A stretch of DNA of 64,000 bases. It comes from Macrostomum hystrix (lineage: Eukaryota; Animalia; Platyhelminthes). Of the stretch, positions 24,934-38,079 are shown one piece after another. Below the pieces are notes generated by a model. That model was not told the origin of the DNA and did not search any database. It was given only the letters and a program-made list of their open reading frames with translations. The translations under genes and the position numbers were made by a program. The stretch lies in the NCBI GenBank assembly GCA_950097015.1, contig CATNEN010000001.1, positions 6,944,001-7,008,000 of the forward strand, written 5' to 3'. Position 1 is the stretch's first letter; each line of letters begins with the position of its first letter.

Positions 24934-27900
24934 ATGACTCGTCGATTAATCAAATCTTCGGGCGATTTCTATCGCATTCATTCAGACGATGAGATAATAG
25001 AAAATGAAATATTGACAGCCAAGACTGCCGTTGCTAGGGGAAGACGCGGCAACAAGCTGGCTAGATACAGCAGCCAGTTTGGATTGGACGAGCAGGAGAC
25101 TGTACTCAAAGGTGAGACGTTTGAAAATGTGTTTTTTGAAACAATTGATTGATACTTGAAAATAACTGCACTAAAAATTGCAGTGTGCCCGTGCTTTCTG
25201 GTATCTGATCTGCTGGTACAGGGCTGCCTCATTGTGACAGACAGACACGTTTGCTTCTACTCCAGCATGTTCGGCATGAGAAAGACTGTAAGAGCTGCTA
25301 TCTGTGGAGACTCATGCAGGAAAATATTACTCGGATATAGGGAGGGAGAGAAGCAGGGGGAAGAGAGAAGGAAGGAGATTGAGAGAAGAGAAGAGAGAAA
25401 AGGAGAGAAGGAGGGAGAAAAGGAAAGAGAGGAGGAGAGAGAAAAGGAGAGAGAAAAGGAGAGAGAAAAGGAGAGAGAAGAGAAGAGAGAAAAGGGGAGA
25501 AGGAGGGAGAAAAGGAGAGAGAGGAGGAGAGAGAAAAGGAGAGAGAAAAGGAGAGAGAAAAGGAGAGAGAAGAGAAGAGAGAAAAGGAGAGAAGGGGGGA
25601 GAAAAGGAGAGAGAAAAGGAGAGAGAAAAGGAGAGAGAAGAGAAGAGAGAAAAGGAGAGAAGGGGGGAGAAAAGGAGAGAGAGGAGGAGAGAGAAAGGGA
25701 GAGAGAAAAGGAGAGAGAAAAGGAGAGAGAAGAGGGTAGAGAAAATGGGAGAGAAGAGAAGAGAGAAAAGGAGAGAGAAGGAGGGAGAAAAGGAGAGAGA
25801 GGAGGAGAGAGAAAAGGAGAGAGAAGGAGGGAGAAAAGGAGAGAGAGGAGGATAGAGAAAAGGAGAGAGAAAAGGAGAGAGAGGAGGAGAGAGAAAAGGA
25901 GAGAGAAAAGGAGAGAAGGAGGGAGAAAAGGAGAGAGAGGAGGAGAGAGAAAAGGAGAGAGAAAAGGAGAGAAGGAGGGAGAAAAGGAGAGAGAGGAGGA
26001 GAGAGAAAAGGAGAGAGAAGAGAAGAGAGAAAAGGAGAGAAGGAGGGAGAAAAGGAGAGAGAGGAGGAGAGAGAAAAGGAGAGAGAAAAGGAGAGAGAAA
26101 AGGAGGGAGAAAAGGAGAGAGAAAAGGAGAGAAGGAGGGAGAAAAGGAGAGAGAGGAGGAGAGAGAAAAGGAGAGAGAAAAGGAGAGAAGGAGGGAGAAA
26201 ATGAGAGAGAGGAGGAGAGAGAAAAGGAGAGAGAAGAGAAGAGAGAAAAGGAGAGAAGGAGGGAGAAAAGGAGAGAGAGGAGGAGAGAGAAAAGGAGAGA
26301 GAAAAGGAGAGAGAAAAGGAGGGAGAAAAGGAGAGAGAAGAGAAGAGAGAAAAGGAGAGAGAAGAGAAGAGAGAAAAGGAGAGAGAAGAGAAGAGAGAAA
26401 AGGAGAGAAGGAGGGAGAAAAGGAGAGAGAGGAGGAGAGAGAAAAGGAGAGAGAAAAGGAGAGAGAAAAGGAGGGAGAAAAGGAGAGAGAAGAGAAGAGA
26501 GAAAAGGAGAGAGAAAAGGAGAGAGAAAGGGAGAGAGAAAAGGGGAGAGAAAAGGAGAGAGAAAAGGGGAGAGAAAAGAAGAGAGAAAAGAGGAGAGAAA
26601 AGGAGAGAGAAAAGGAGAGAGAAAAGGAGAGAGAAAAGGAGAGAGAAAAGGAGAGAGAAGGAGGGAGAAAAGGAGAGAGAGGAGGAGAGAGAAAAGGAGA
26701 GAGAAGAGAAGAGAGAAAAGGAGAGAGAAGAGAAGAGAGAAAAGGAGAGAAGGAGGGAGAAAAGGAGAGACAGGAGGAGAGAGAAAAGGAGAGAGAAAAG
26801 GAGAGAGAAAAGGAGGGAGAAAAGGAGAGAGAAGAGAAGAGAGAAAAGGAGAGAGAAAAGGAGAGAGAGGAGGAGAGAGAAAGGGAGAGAGAAAAGGGGA
26901 GAGAAAAGGAGAGAGAAAAGGGGAGACAAAAGAAGAGAGAAAAGGGGAGAGAAAAGGGGAGAGAAAAGGGGAGAGAAAAGGGGAGAGAAGAGAAGAGAGA
27001 AAAGGAGAGAGAAGGAGGGAGAAAAGGAGAGAGAGGAGGATAGAGAAAAGGAGAGAGAAAAGGAGAGAGAGGAGGAGAGAGAAAAGGAGAGAGAAAAGGA
27101 GAGAAGGAGGGAGAAAAGGAGAGAGAGGAGGAGAGAGAAAAGGAGAGAGAAAAGGAGAGAAGGAGGGAGAAAAGGAGAGAGAGGAGGAGAGAGAAAAGGA
27201 GAGAGAAGAGAAGAGAGAAAAGGAGAGAAGGAGGGAGAAAAGGAGAGAGAGGAGGAGAGAGAAAAGGAGAGAGAAAAGGAGAGAGAAAAGGAGGGAGAAA
27301 AGGAGAGAGAAGAGAAGAGAGAAAAGGAGAGAGAAGAGAAGAGAGAAAAGGAGAGAGAAGAGAAGAGAGAAAAGGAGAGAAGGAGGGAGAAAAGGAGAGA
27401 GAGGAGGAGAGAGAAAAGGAGAGAGAAAAGGAGAGAGAAAAGGAGGGAGAAAAGGAGAGAGAAGAGAAGAGAGAATAGGAGAGAGAAAAGGAGAGAGAGG
27501 AGGAGAGAGAAAAGGAGAGAGAAAAGGGGAGAGAAAAGGAGAGAGAAAAGGGGAGAGAAAAGAAGAGAGAAAAGGGGAGAGAAAAGGGGAGAGAAGAGAA
27601 GAGAGAAAAGGGGAGAGAAGGAGGGAGAAAAGAAGAGAGAGGAGGAGAGAGAAAAGGAGAGAGAAGAGAAGAGAGAAAAGGGGAGAGAAAAGGAGAGAGA
27701 AGAGGGTAGAGAAAAGGGGAGAGAGGAGAAGAGAGAAAAGGAGAGAAGGAGGGAGAAAAGGAGAGAGAGGAGGAGAGAGAAAAGGAGAGAGAAGAGAAGA
27801 GAGAAAAGGAGAGAGAAAAGGAGAGAGAAGAGAAGAGAGAAAAGGGGAGAGAAAAGGAGAGAGAAAAGGAGAGAGAAGAGAAGAGAGAAAAGGAGAGAGA

Positions 27901-30900
27901 AAGGAGAGAGAAGAGAAGAGAGAAAAGGGGAGAAGGAGGGAGAAAAGGAGAGAGAGGAGGAGAGAGAAAAGGAGAGAGAAAAGGAGAGAGAAAAGGAGAG
28001 AGAAGAGAAGAGCGAAAAGGAGAGAGAAGGAGGGAGAAAAGGAGAGAGAGGAGGAGAGAGAAAAGGACAGCGAAGAGGGTAGAGAAAAGGGGAGAGAGGA
28101 GAAGAGAGAAAAGGAGAGAAGGAGGGAGAAAAGGAGAGAGAGGAGGAGAGAGAAAAGGAGAGAGAAGAGAAGAGAGAAAAGGAGAGAGAAAAGGAGAGAG
28201 AAAAGGAGAGAGAAAAGGAGAGAGAAGAGAAGAGAGAAAAGGGGAGAAGGAGGGAGAAAAGGAGAGAGAGAAGGAGAGAGAAAAGGAGAGAGAAAAGGAG
28301 AGAGAAAAGGAGAGAGAAAAGGAGAGAGAAGAGAAGAGAGAAAAGGGGAGAAGGAGGGAGAAAAGGAGAGAGAGGAGGAGAGAGAAAAAGAGAGAAAAGG
28401 GGAGAAAAAAGGAGAGAGAAAAGGGGAGAGAAAAGAAGAGAGAAAAGGGGAGAGAAAAGGAGAGAGAAAAGGGGAGAGAAAAGGGGAGAGAAAAGGAGAG
28501 AGAAGAGGGTAGAGAAAAGGGGAGAGAGGAGAAGAGAGAAAAGGAGAGAAGGAGGGAGAAAAGGAGAGAGAGGAGGAGAGAGAAAAGGAGAGAGAAGAGA
28601 AGAGAGAAAAGGAGAGAGAAAAGGAGAGAGAAGAGAAGAGAGAAAAGGGGAGAGAAAAGGAGAGAGAAAAGGAGAGAGAAGAGAAGAGAGAAAAGGAGAG
28701 AGAAAGGAGAGAGAAAAGGAGAGAGAAAAGGAGAGAGAAAGGAGAGAGAAAAGGAGAGAGAAGAGAAGAGAGAAAAGGGGAGAAGGAGGGAGAAAAGGAG
28801 AGAGAGGAGGAGAAAGAAAAGGAGAGAGAAAAGGAGAGAGAAAAGGAGAGAGAAGAGAAGAGCGAAAAGGAGAGAGAAGGAGGGAGAAAAGGAGAGAGAG
28901 GAGGAGAGAGAAAAGGAGAGAGAAAAGGGGAGAGAAAAGGAGAGAGAAAAGGGGAGAGAAAAGAAGAGAGAAAAGGGGAGAGAAAAGGAGAGAGAAAAGG
29001 GGAGAGAAAAGGGGAGAGAAAAGGAGAGAGAGGAGAAGAGAGAAAAGGAGAGAGAAGGAGGGAGAAAAGGAGACAGAGGAGGAGAGAGAAAAGGAGAGAG
29101 AAGGAGGGAGAAAAGGAGAGAGAGGAGGAGAGAGAAAAGAAGAGAGAAAGGAGAGAGAAAAGGAGAGAGAAGAGAAGAGAGAAAAGGGGAGAAGGAGGGA
29201 GAAAAGGAGAGAGAGGAGAAGAGAGAAAAGGAGAGAGAAAAGGAGAGAGAAAAGGAGAGAGAAGAGAAGAGAGAAAAGGAGAGAAGGAGGGAGAAAAGGA
29301 GAGAGAGGAGGAGAGAGAAAAGGAGAGAGAAAAGGAGAGAGAAAAGGAGAGAGAGGAGGAGAGAGAAAAGGGGAGAGAAAAGGAGAGAGAAAAGGGGAGA
29401 GAAAAGGAGAGAGAAAAGGGGAGAGAAAAGGAGAGAGAAGAGGGTAGAGAAAAGGGGAGAGAGGAGAAGAGAGAAAAGGAGAGAGAAGAGGGTTGAGAAA
29501 AGGGGAGAGAGGAGAAGAGAGAAAAGGAGAGAGAAGAGGGTAGAGAAAAGGGGAGAAGGAGGGAGAAAAGGAGAGAGAGGAGGAGAGAGAAAAGGAGAGA
29601 GAAAAGGAGAGAGAAAAGGAGAGAGAAGAGAAGAGAGAAAAGGAGAGAGAAGGAGGGAGAAAAGGAGAGAGAGGAGGAGAGAGAAAAGGAGAGAGAAAAG
29701 GGGAGAGAAAAGGAGAGAGAAAAGGGGAGAGAAAAGAAGAGAGAAAAGGGGAGAGAAAAGGAGAGAGAAAAGGGGAGAGAAAAGGGGAGAGAAAAGGAGA
29801 GAGAAGAGGGTAGAGAAAAGGGGAGAGAGGAGAAGAGAGAAAAGGAGAGAAGGAGGGAGAAAAGGAGAGAGAGGAGGAGAGAGAAAAGGAGAGAGAAAGG
29901 AGAGAGAAAAGGAGAGAGAAGAGAAGAGAGAAAAGGGGAGAAGGAGGGAGAAAAGGAGAGAGAGGAGAAGAGAGAAAAGGAGAGAGAAAAGGAGAGAGAA
30001 AAGGAGAGAGAAGAGAAGAGAGAAAAGGAGAGAAGGAGGGAGAAAAGGAGAGAGAGGAGGAGAGAGAAAAGGAGAGAGAAAAGGAGAGAGAAAAGGAGAG
30101 AGAAAAGGAGGGAGAAAAGGAGAGAGAAGAGAAGAGAGAAAAGGAGAGAGAAAAGGAGAGAGAGGAGGAGAGAGAAAAGGAGAGAGAAAAGGGGAGAGAA
30201 AAGGAGAGAGAAAAGGGGAGAGAAAAGAAGAGAGAAAAGGGGAGAGAAAAGGGGAGAGAAGAGAAGAGAGAAAAGGAGAGAGAAGAAGGGAGAAAAGGAG
30301 AGAGAGGAGGAGAGAGAAAAGGAGAGAGAAGAGAAGAGAGAAAAGGGGAGAGAAAAGGGGAGAGAAGAGAAGAGAGAAAAGGAAAGAGAAGGAGGGAGAA
30401 AAGGAGAGAGAGGAGGAGAGAGAAAAGGAGAGAGAAGAGAAGAGAGAAAAGGGGAGAGAAGAGAAGAGAGAGAAGGAGAGAGAAAAGGGGAGAGAAAAGG
30501 AGAGAGAAAAGGAGAGAGAAGAGAAGAGAGAAAAGGAGAGAGAAGGAGGGAGAAAAGGAGAGAGAAAAGGAGAGAGAAAAGGAGAGAGAAGAGAAGAGAG
30601 AAAAGGGGAGAAGGAGGGAGAAAAGGAGAGAGAGGAGGAGAGAGAAAAGGAGAGAGAAAAGGGGGGAGAAAAGGAGAGAGAAAAGGGGAGAAGGAGGGAG
30701 AAAAGGAGAGAGAAAAGGGGAGAAGGAGGGAGAAAAGGAGAGAGAGGAGGAGAGAGAAAAGGAGAGAGAAAAGGGGAGAGAAAAGGAGAGAGAAAAGGGG
30801 AGAGAAAAGGAGAGAGAAAAGGGGAGAGAAAAGGAGAGAGAAAAGGGGAGAGAAAAGGGGAGAGAAAATGAGAGAGAAAAGGAGAGAGAAAAGGAGAGAG

Positions 30901-33900
30901 AAAAGGGGAGAGAAAAGGGGAGAGAAAAGGAGAGAGAAGAGGGTAGAGAAAAGGGGAGAGAGGAGAAGAGAGAAAAGGAGAGAGAAGAGGGTAGAGAAAA
31001 GGGGAGAGAGGAGAAGAGAGAAAAGGAGAGAGAAGAGGGTAGAGAAAAGGGGAGAAGGAGGGAGAAAAGGAGAGAGAGGAGGAGAGAGAAAAGGAGAGAG
31101 AAAAGGGGAGAGAAAAGGAGAGAGAAAAGGGGAGAGAAAAGGAGAGAAGGAGGGAGAAAAGGAGAGAGAGGAGGAGAGAGAAAAGGAGAGAGAAAAGGGG
31201 AGAGAAAAGGAGAGAGAAAAGGAGAGAGAAAAGGAGAGAGAAAAGGGGAGAGAAAAGGAGAGAGAAAAGGAGAGAGAAAAGGGGAGAGAAAAGGGGAGAG
31301 AAAAGGAGAGAGAAGAGGGTAGAGAAAAGGGGAGAGAGGAGAAGAGAGAAAAGGAGAGAGAAGAGGGTAGAGAAAAGGGGAGAGAGGAGAAGAGAGAAAA
31401 GGAGAGAAGGAGGGAGAAAAGGAGAGAGAGGAGGAGAGAGAAAAGGAGAGAGAAAGGAGAGAGAAAAGGAGAGAGAAGAGAAGAGAGAAAAGGGGAGAAG
31501 GAGGGAGAAAAGGAGAGAGAGGAGAAGAGAGAAAAGGAGAGAGAAAAGGAGAGAGAAAAGGAGAGAAGGAGGGAGAAAAGGAGAGAGAGGAGGAGAGAGA
31601 AAAGGAGAGAGAAAAGGAGAGAGAAGAGGAGAGAAGGAGGGAGAAAAGGAGAGAGAAAAGGGGAGAGAAAAGGAGAGAGAAAAGGGGAGAGAAAAGGAGA
31701 GAGAAAAGGGGAGAGAAAAGGAGAGAGAAAAGGGGAGAGAAAAGGAGAGAGAAAAGGGGAGAGAAAAGGGGAGAGAAAAGGAGAGAGAAAAGGAGAGAGA
31801 AGAGGGTAGAGAAAAGGGGAGAGAGGAGAAGAGAGAAAAGGAGAGAAGGAGGGAGAAAAGGAGAGAGAGGAGGAGAGAGAAAAGGAGAGAGAAAAGGGGA
31901 GAGAAAAGGGGAGAGAAAAGGAGAGAGAAAAGGGGAGAGAAAAGGAGAGAGAAAAGGGGAGAGAAAAGGAGAGAGAAAAGGAGAGAGAAAAGGGGAGAGA
32001 AAAGGGGAGAGAAAAGGAGAGAGAAGAGGGTAGAGAAAAGGGGAGAGAGGAGAAGAGAGAAAAGGAGAGAGAAGAGGGTAGAGAAAAGGGGAGAGAGGAG
32101 AAGAGGGAAAAGGAGAGAAGGAGGGAGAAAAGGAGAGAGAGGAGGAGAGAGAAAAGGAGAGAGAAAAGGAGAGAGAAAAGGAGAGAGAAAAGGAGAGAGA
32201 AAAGGAGAGAAGGAGGGAGAAAAGGAGAGAAGGAGGGAGAAAAGGAGAGAGAGGAGGAGAGAGAAAAGGAGAGAGAAAAGGAGAGAGAAGAGGGTAGAGA
32301 AAAGGGGAGAGAAAAGGAGAGAGAAGAGGGTAGAGAAAAGGGGAGAGAAGAGAAGAGAGAAAAGGAGAGAAGGAGGGAGAAAATTAGTGAGAGGAGGAGA
32401 GAGAGGAGGAGAGAGAGGAGGAGAGAAAGGAGGAGGGAGAGAAGGGGGAGGAGGGAGAGAAGGGGGAGGAGGGAGAGGAGGAGGGAGAGAAGGGGGAGGA
32501 GGGAGAGAAGGGGGAGGAGGGAGAGAAGGGGGAGGAGGGAAAGGAGGAGGGAGAGAAGGGGGAGGAGGGAGAGAAGGGGGAGGAGGGAGAGGAGGAGGGA
32601 GAGAAGGCGATTGAGTCAAAGGCAGAAACGATTTTTAATACTTTTCAGAAGAAGATCAGCTTCGAGGAAATTGTGCAGATCAGCAAGGAGAAGGTGTACA
32701 CGCTGTTCCCCACTGGAATCGGTGTGAGAACTCAAACAGAAAAGGTCAGTTTGTTAATCAGGATTCGCGATAAAAATATTATTGATGTCGCATGCATCTC
32801 AGTTCTATATTTAAACTAATCTATGAAACAGAAAAAAACATAAATTAAATGTCCACCAACAACTAAACGATAAGAAGTATTTTTTATTTGCATTTCCGTA
32901 AAATAAAGAAACAAACCTAAGGAAATGCACAGAAATCAAGATGGCAAATTTCTAAATATGGCACTGCTTTTTATCCCTGTCATTGAAATCCCACGTATAA
33001 ATATCTTTTCTCTAAATCCCTCAATCGAAATCCCCTCTTTCGAAATCCCTTCCTTCGAAATCCCCTCCTTCGAAATCCATTCCTACGAAATCCCTTCCTT
33101 CGAAATCCCCTCCTTCGAAATCCCTTCCTTCGAAATCCCCTCCTTCGAAATCCATTCCTTTGAAATCCCTTCCTTCGAAATCCCCTCCTTCGAAATCCTT
33201 TCTTCGAAATCCTTTCTTCGAAATCCCTTCCTTCGAAATTCTTACTTCGAAATCCCCTCCTTCGAAATCCCTTTCTTCAAAATCCCTTTCTCCGAGATCC
33301 ACTCCGATTTAATCCAGTTTTTAACAGCCCGTCTATTAAAATCCCATTTTCGGATTGTCAATGTCAATTAAAATCCTTTTCAATATCCTATTCTTACACA
33401 CACTCGCACACACACGTATTCTGCTGTCATATTAAGCATGTAGCGTAGATTTCGCCTTTGTCAAGACCCGTGACGTGTGCCGAGCTAAAGCTAAAAACAG
33501 ATCCTAAGGAGAAAATATAAAAATAGGTCCCAATCAGTTTGTGTTGCTAGGCGGTTGATACAATTAGAAAATGTTGTAACATACAGCATGAGGCTGACAC
33601 AAGCTAGAACTAAGAAGATTATAGTAGGTTAATTGTAGCACTTTTCAGAAATTTGTATATGCTTACTTCTTTCTACTATCCTGTCTCTTTTATCCCTCTT
33701 ATATCCCATCTCTATCATACCTCTATCCTGACTCTACTATCCATCTATCTTTTTTCGATTATCCATCTATCCTGTCTCTATCGTCAGTCTATCCTGTCTC
33801 TATTATCCCTCTGTCCTGTCTCTCTCGTACCTTTTCCTGCCTCTATTATCCCGAAATCATGAGCCAATCCGAAATCAACATTACCAGGTGACTTTCTCGT

Positions 33901-33964
33901 CTGCAACATCGCGAGATCGACTTCTTTTATTGTTGCGCCAGCAGCATCAACAAGTTGCTGCAGC

Positions 33965-34026
<62 letters not shown>

Positions 34027-35671
34027 ATATGGAACAGGCTTCCATCCAAGTCCCAGACAACCATTCTATGGCACAACCAGATTCTATACCGACTTCTCAC
34101 CTGATTATCGAGCGATGGACTGATGAAAATGTGTCGGTTAGTTTGATTTTTTCGTAAATTTTATTTGCATAAATTAGGAGTAATCTTGTAATTTACTCAA
34201 TAATAATGCTCAGACACGCCATCGCCGTGTTTTGGCTGCCAGTAATTTCCTGAGGGGTTGATTTATAAAGCAGAAAAGCTGGTACTGTCTAGAAATATCT
34301 TTCAAGAATATATTTTGCGCTAAATATGACTAATGGGAGTCTTTTATTGAGAAAAACTCCGTAACAATATTTTTTTATTCCCAATTTTAATCCGATTTAT
34401 GATCCCCATTCTGATCCGATTTTTATGATCCAGATTTTGATCCCATTTGAAATCCCCATTCTGATACGATTGGAAAACCCCAATCTGATCATATTTCAGA
34501 TCCCAATCTGCATTAGGTCCCTATTCTAATCCCATTTTAAGATCCTCATTCTGATCCCATTATGAGATCCACATTCCGATCCCATTTTAAGATCCTCAGT
34601 TTGATCCCATTTTAAGTTCCCCACTCTGACTTTATTTTACTCTGACTCTGACGCTCTGACTCTGAGCCGGGCGGCCGATCTATGGTTAGGGTTAGGTTTA
34701 GGGTTAGGGTTATGGTTAGGGTTAGGTTTAGGGTTAGGGTTAGGCTCTCTACCTTATTCATATATTTTCTTGGGCACTGAGTTGATCGGACAAGCAATAG
34801 AAAACTTACTAAACTCTGAAAAATGCATTTATTGACGTATTGCCTTCCACTACCGCATTGTCTAGCCTTCAACAATATCCAGCGGTACAGCTAGAACTCG
34901 AGGCTCTCAACTTGGGCACCTTGAGCACATTGACATGACAAATCATCCGATGGTTGCCATGGCAACGGCACTGGGGCCTGAGAACCAGCGTAGGTCGGAT
35001 GCATATAAGACGCATGACATCTATGATGTCGATAGCTGGCCCAGTTGTCATAGCAACAGTACTGAAAGGCGCGCGCAAGCTTCTGCCAACGGTAAGTAGT
35101 ATGTGAGCATATTTACAAGTTTTCTATAACTAATTCCAACGTCCAAGCTGTAAATCGCATTGCACTACTCATTGCAGTAATATGTGAAGGACGCATTGAT
35201 TCCTGCAAAATTAATGGCCGAGATAATGCAACAGCAAACGCAGTTTCTAGATTGCATCGGAAACATCTGCTATTTCTCGGTTGTCTTGCTTGCATGTGAG
35301 GATGGGCAATCAAATTCCGTTTAAGTTTAGACTGACAGAGAAAGAAATGAAACCTAGCCGGATGTACGCTGTGTACAACTGTTCAGTCCATGGACTAGAG
35401 ACCCAGCTATTTCTGATCTCCACTTTACAGCTGGGTGTCTTTAATGTACAGAAGTTCCCAGGATCATGAATAGGAATTTAAAAGCTATATGTTGCTGCAG
35501 CTACTAGAAGTAGATTGTTTGAGCATTATTATTATTTTTAAAAACACTTTCAGAATAGCAGTACTCACAATAGTCGGCTTGCTATTTGCTTTTCGTCTTG
35601 GAGACATGGAGCGGCAATTGGCGATGGCAACGGCTGACGGCTACAACAGCAAAAGTTCGGCTAAATTGTGA
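24934..35671 (+). CDS. GRAM-domain protein (GRAMD2/3-like). Exons 24934-25111, 25184-25287, 32649-32744, 33888-34136, 34866-35091; tentative TM exon ~35559-35671
   Basis: Phase-compatible GT-AG joins give QFGLDEQETVLK-VCPCFLVSDLLVQGCLIVTDRHVCFYSSMFGMRKT-KKISFEEIVQISKEKVYTLFPTGIGVRTQTEK-VTFSSATSRD, a GRAM signature. A hydrophobic AVLTIVGLLFAF segment lies downstream. The start (24859 or 24934) and the 3' exons are uncertain. Confidence 0.78.
25338..32608. repeat. ~7.3 kb polypurine (GA-rich) satellite in the GRAM gene intron
   Basis: Variants of the 12-mer gagagaaaagga. Pyrimidines are very rare on the + strand. Confidence 0.98.
33025..33300. repeat. 15-bp minisatellite (gaaatcccctccttc)n
   Basis: Tandem copies within an intron. 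Confidence 0.93.
33957..34025 (+). repeat. Coding (GCT)n tract, 23 Ala
   Basis: Lies inside GRAM gene exon 33888-34136. Confidence 0.9.
34684..34744 (+). repeat. Interstitial telomere-like (TTAGGG)n with variants
   Basis: About 10 hexamer/pentamer units, arranged as a duplicated 30-mer. Confidence 0.85.
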
Positions 35672-35712
35672 GATTTAATTACCAATCGGGCTCTGAAAAA
35701 TGAACAAATTTA

Positions 35713-36105
35713 GGGTCAGCATGTGGTCAGTTGTGTACAATGGGGTCAGCATGTGGTCAGTTGTGTACAATGGGATCAGGAACTGGTCAGTTGTGTGCAG
35801 TGGGATCAGGATGTGGTCAGTTGTGTGCAGTGGGATCAGGATGTGGTCAGTTGTGTGCAGTGGGATCAGGATGTGGTCAGTTGTGTACAGTGGGGTCAGG
35901 ATGTGGTCAGTTGTGTGCAGTGGGATCAGGATGTGGTCAGTTGTGTGCAGTGGGATCAGGATGTGGTCAGTTGTGTGCAGTGGGATCAGGATGTGGTCAG
36001 TTGTGTGCAGTGGGATCAGGATGTGGTCAATTATGTGCAGTGGGATCAGGATGTGGTCAGTTGTGTGCAGTGGGATCAGGATGTGGTCAGTTGGGTACAG
36101 TGGTG
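35713..36105. repeat. 30-bp minisatellite (tgggatcaggatgtggtcagttgtgtgcag)n
   Basis: About 13 copies. Confidence 0.96.
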
Positions 36106-36110
36106 ATCAG

Positions 36111-36326
36111 AAAATGCAGTGCAACGTTGATACAATTAAAAAAAGGCTCGAAACTTTCAGCAGTTCGTCAGTTTTTCCTCACGAAGAAAAGCCAGGATTG
36201 GATGTCAAGCTGAATAGTATCATACTGGAACTGGGCAAACTCCAGAACAAACTGCTACTCATCCGACCAGCTCTAACGCTATTGGCTGAAAAGGATTCTC
36301 TTCAGGCATCAAACAATAATAATTGA
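36111..36326 (+). CDS. Possible terminal coiled-coil exon (KMQCNVDTIKKRLE...LNSIILELGKLQNKLLL); gene assignment unresolved
   Basis: Open frame with heptad-like leucines after a cag; AATAAA at ~36454. Could not be phase-linked to the GRAM gene. Confidence 0.3.
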   Translation, partial: KMQCNVDTIKKRLETFSSSSVFPHEEKPGLDVKLNSIILELGKLQNKLLLIRPALTLLAEKDSLQASNNNN

Positions 36327-37572
36327 ACCATACGTGGAACACTGTACGATATGTACTATAATTTAACAGTTTTCATACAATAGATACCAGACTTTAACGC
36401 TTTGATGCTCATTTTTTTCCTTACTTAGACACTTTTTGAGCTGACGTAAATTGAATAAACTATAAACTATTGGTTCAATTACTGCTCAATGAATTAATAA
36501 TGAGTTTAAACTGAGTTTCTTTGGCCAAACCCAAAGACCCGTGTCTGACCGGTATCTGACCGGTATCTGACCGTGTCTGAAGTCAGAGTTATCTCAAATC
36601 ATAATTAGGCATTGATTTGATTTACAACTTACGTTTTAAATCACGTAAACAACTTACGTGTGTAGTAAAATGAATGTCCTAGCTGGAGCGTGAGGAATTT
36701 AAAGCTAGCGACTATTCACTATTCACCGGGGTCGGTGTTCTACCAATCGGTTCAATAGCAGCAGGGGAAATCTGAAAATAAATAGCGTTATGAGACTGGG
36801 GTAGCGAGCGAAGCGGAATAGATAAGCGATGAGACCCGCGTGTCGTCCTCCGGCCCGGCGAAACTCCCAATGAAAAAAAGAACAACACAGTACGAACACG
36901 AAGACTCGAAGAATTTGATTGGGGAGTGATTTAATCTATTTTTTAGTCTCTCCGACTTCAGATTAGAATAGGAATTGATTCGGCTCTAGTTTACTTGCTC
37001 AACTTGATTCAAAAGTTACACCGGCACCGGAGGATATTCGCACGGAAAAAATATAGCGCGCCTACAGCGAAAAGCAAAATTTGGTCCGGCGAAATTGGAT
37101 ATAACAATTTTACTTAAACTGGCCTAATCCGCGCCCTACTCTTCCCTAGAGGCTCCGGTTGTCTCTGCTTTCAGCGCTGCCCCGACAGATCCTATCGGTT
37201 GGGACTCCTTCTGCCTGACGGCGGAGTCTCCGAAGAGAGCACGTACTAACTTCGACAACAAGCGCCTATCTAGACCACCCTTGTCAGCGGCGCACTCTCG
37301 TTAACTATTCTGTGACTCATAGTTATTTACATACCTATACATTGTATTGTATCAATAATACAGTCTGAAATAGTTTTTTCCCAACACAGAAGCTAGAAAC
37401 GTCATTGTCAATAGCTGCGACAACCTAAGTTATTAAAATATTCATCTGGGTTCCTTGGTGAGTTCAAAGTAAGTTTGTTGAGTTATAATTCAGATTTAAA
37501 AAGCCACACCGATTGAAGTGATTTGTCATCGCTGTAAACCAGATTTGCTCTCAATTCTATACTATTCAGCCA

Positions 37573-38079
37573 TCACTGACAGCTGAGAGCATTCAGGTCA
37601 ACCAGCTGCAGCTCAACGCTGCCATGCTCGCCCTTCGAGTTCCCACCATCCGTGGCCTCGCAGCCGAAGCCGCCGCAGAATGAGCCGCCTCCACCGCCGG
37701 CGAGGTTGCCGCGTAGGCCGGCGCCGCCGCCGCTGAAGCCACCGCCAGCTCCTGCGGCTCCACCCATGGTGGTTGGCGGCTCCGCACCGCCTCCTCCGCC
37801 GCCGCCGAAGCCGCCGTCACCAGTGCTGCCGTCACCGGCGCTGCCACCGACCCAGCCGTCGGCCCGACTGCCGCCTCGATCTCGGTCCGAGTTGTTTCGC
37901 CTCGGGTTGACGGCCTTGCCCAGCCAGCCGGCTCCACAGCCTCCGTGATTTGTACTTTTAAATGTGTCACTGGGATCGTTAAAGCCGGGCTGTCCATTGG
38001 AGCCACCGTAGCCTAATTTGACGCAATCAGCGCAAACCCGACTGTCTCTTCCGTTGACTCCCTTTGATCCGGGGGGATC
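37573..38079 (-). pseudogene. Duplicate of the last exon of the ALK/LTK-like glycine-rich gene, with a +1 base in a G6 run
   Basis: Colinear with 47213-47718, with the same acceptor (aaaatctgcag|GATCC) and the same stop. Length is 507 vs 506 nt. No upstream exons of its own were found. Confidence 0.75.

Noticed and set aside
25156-32619. Giant ORFs of 1118 aa and 2430 aa
   Set aside because: Artefacts of a purine-only satellite that cannot encode stops. Only 25184-25287 is a real exon.
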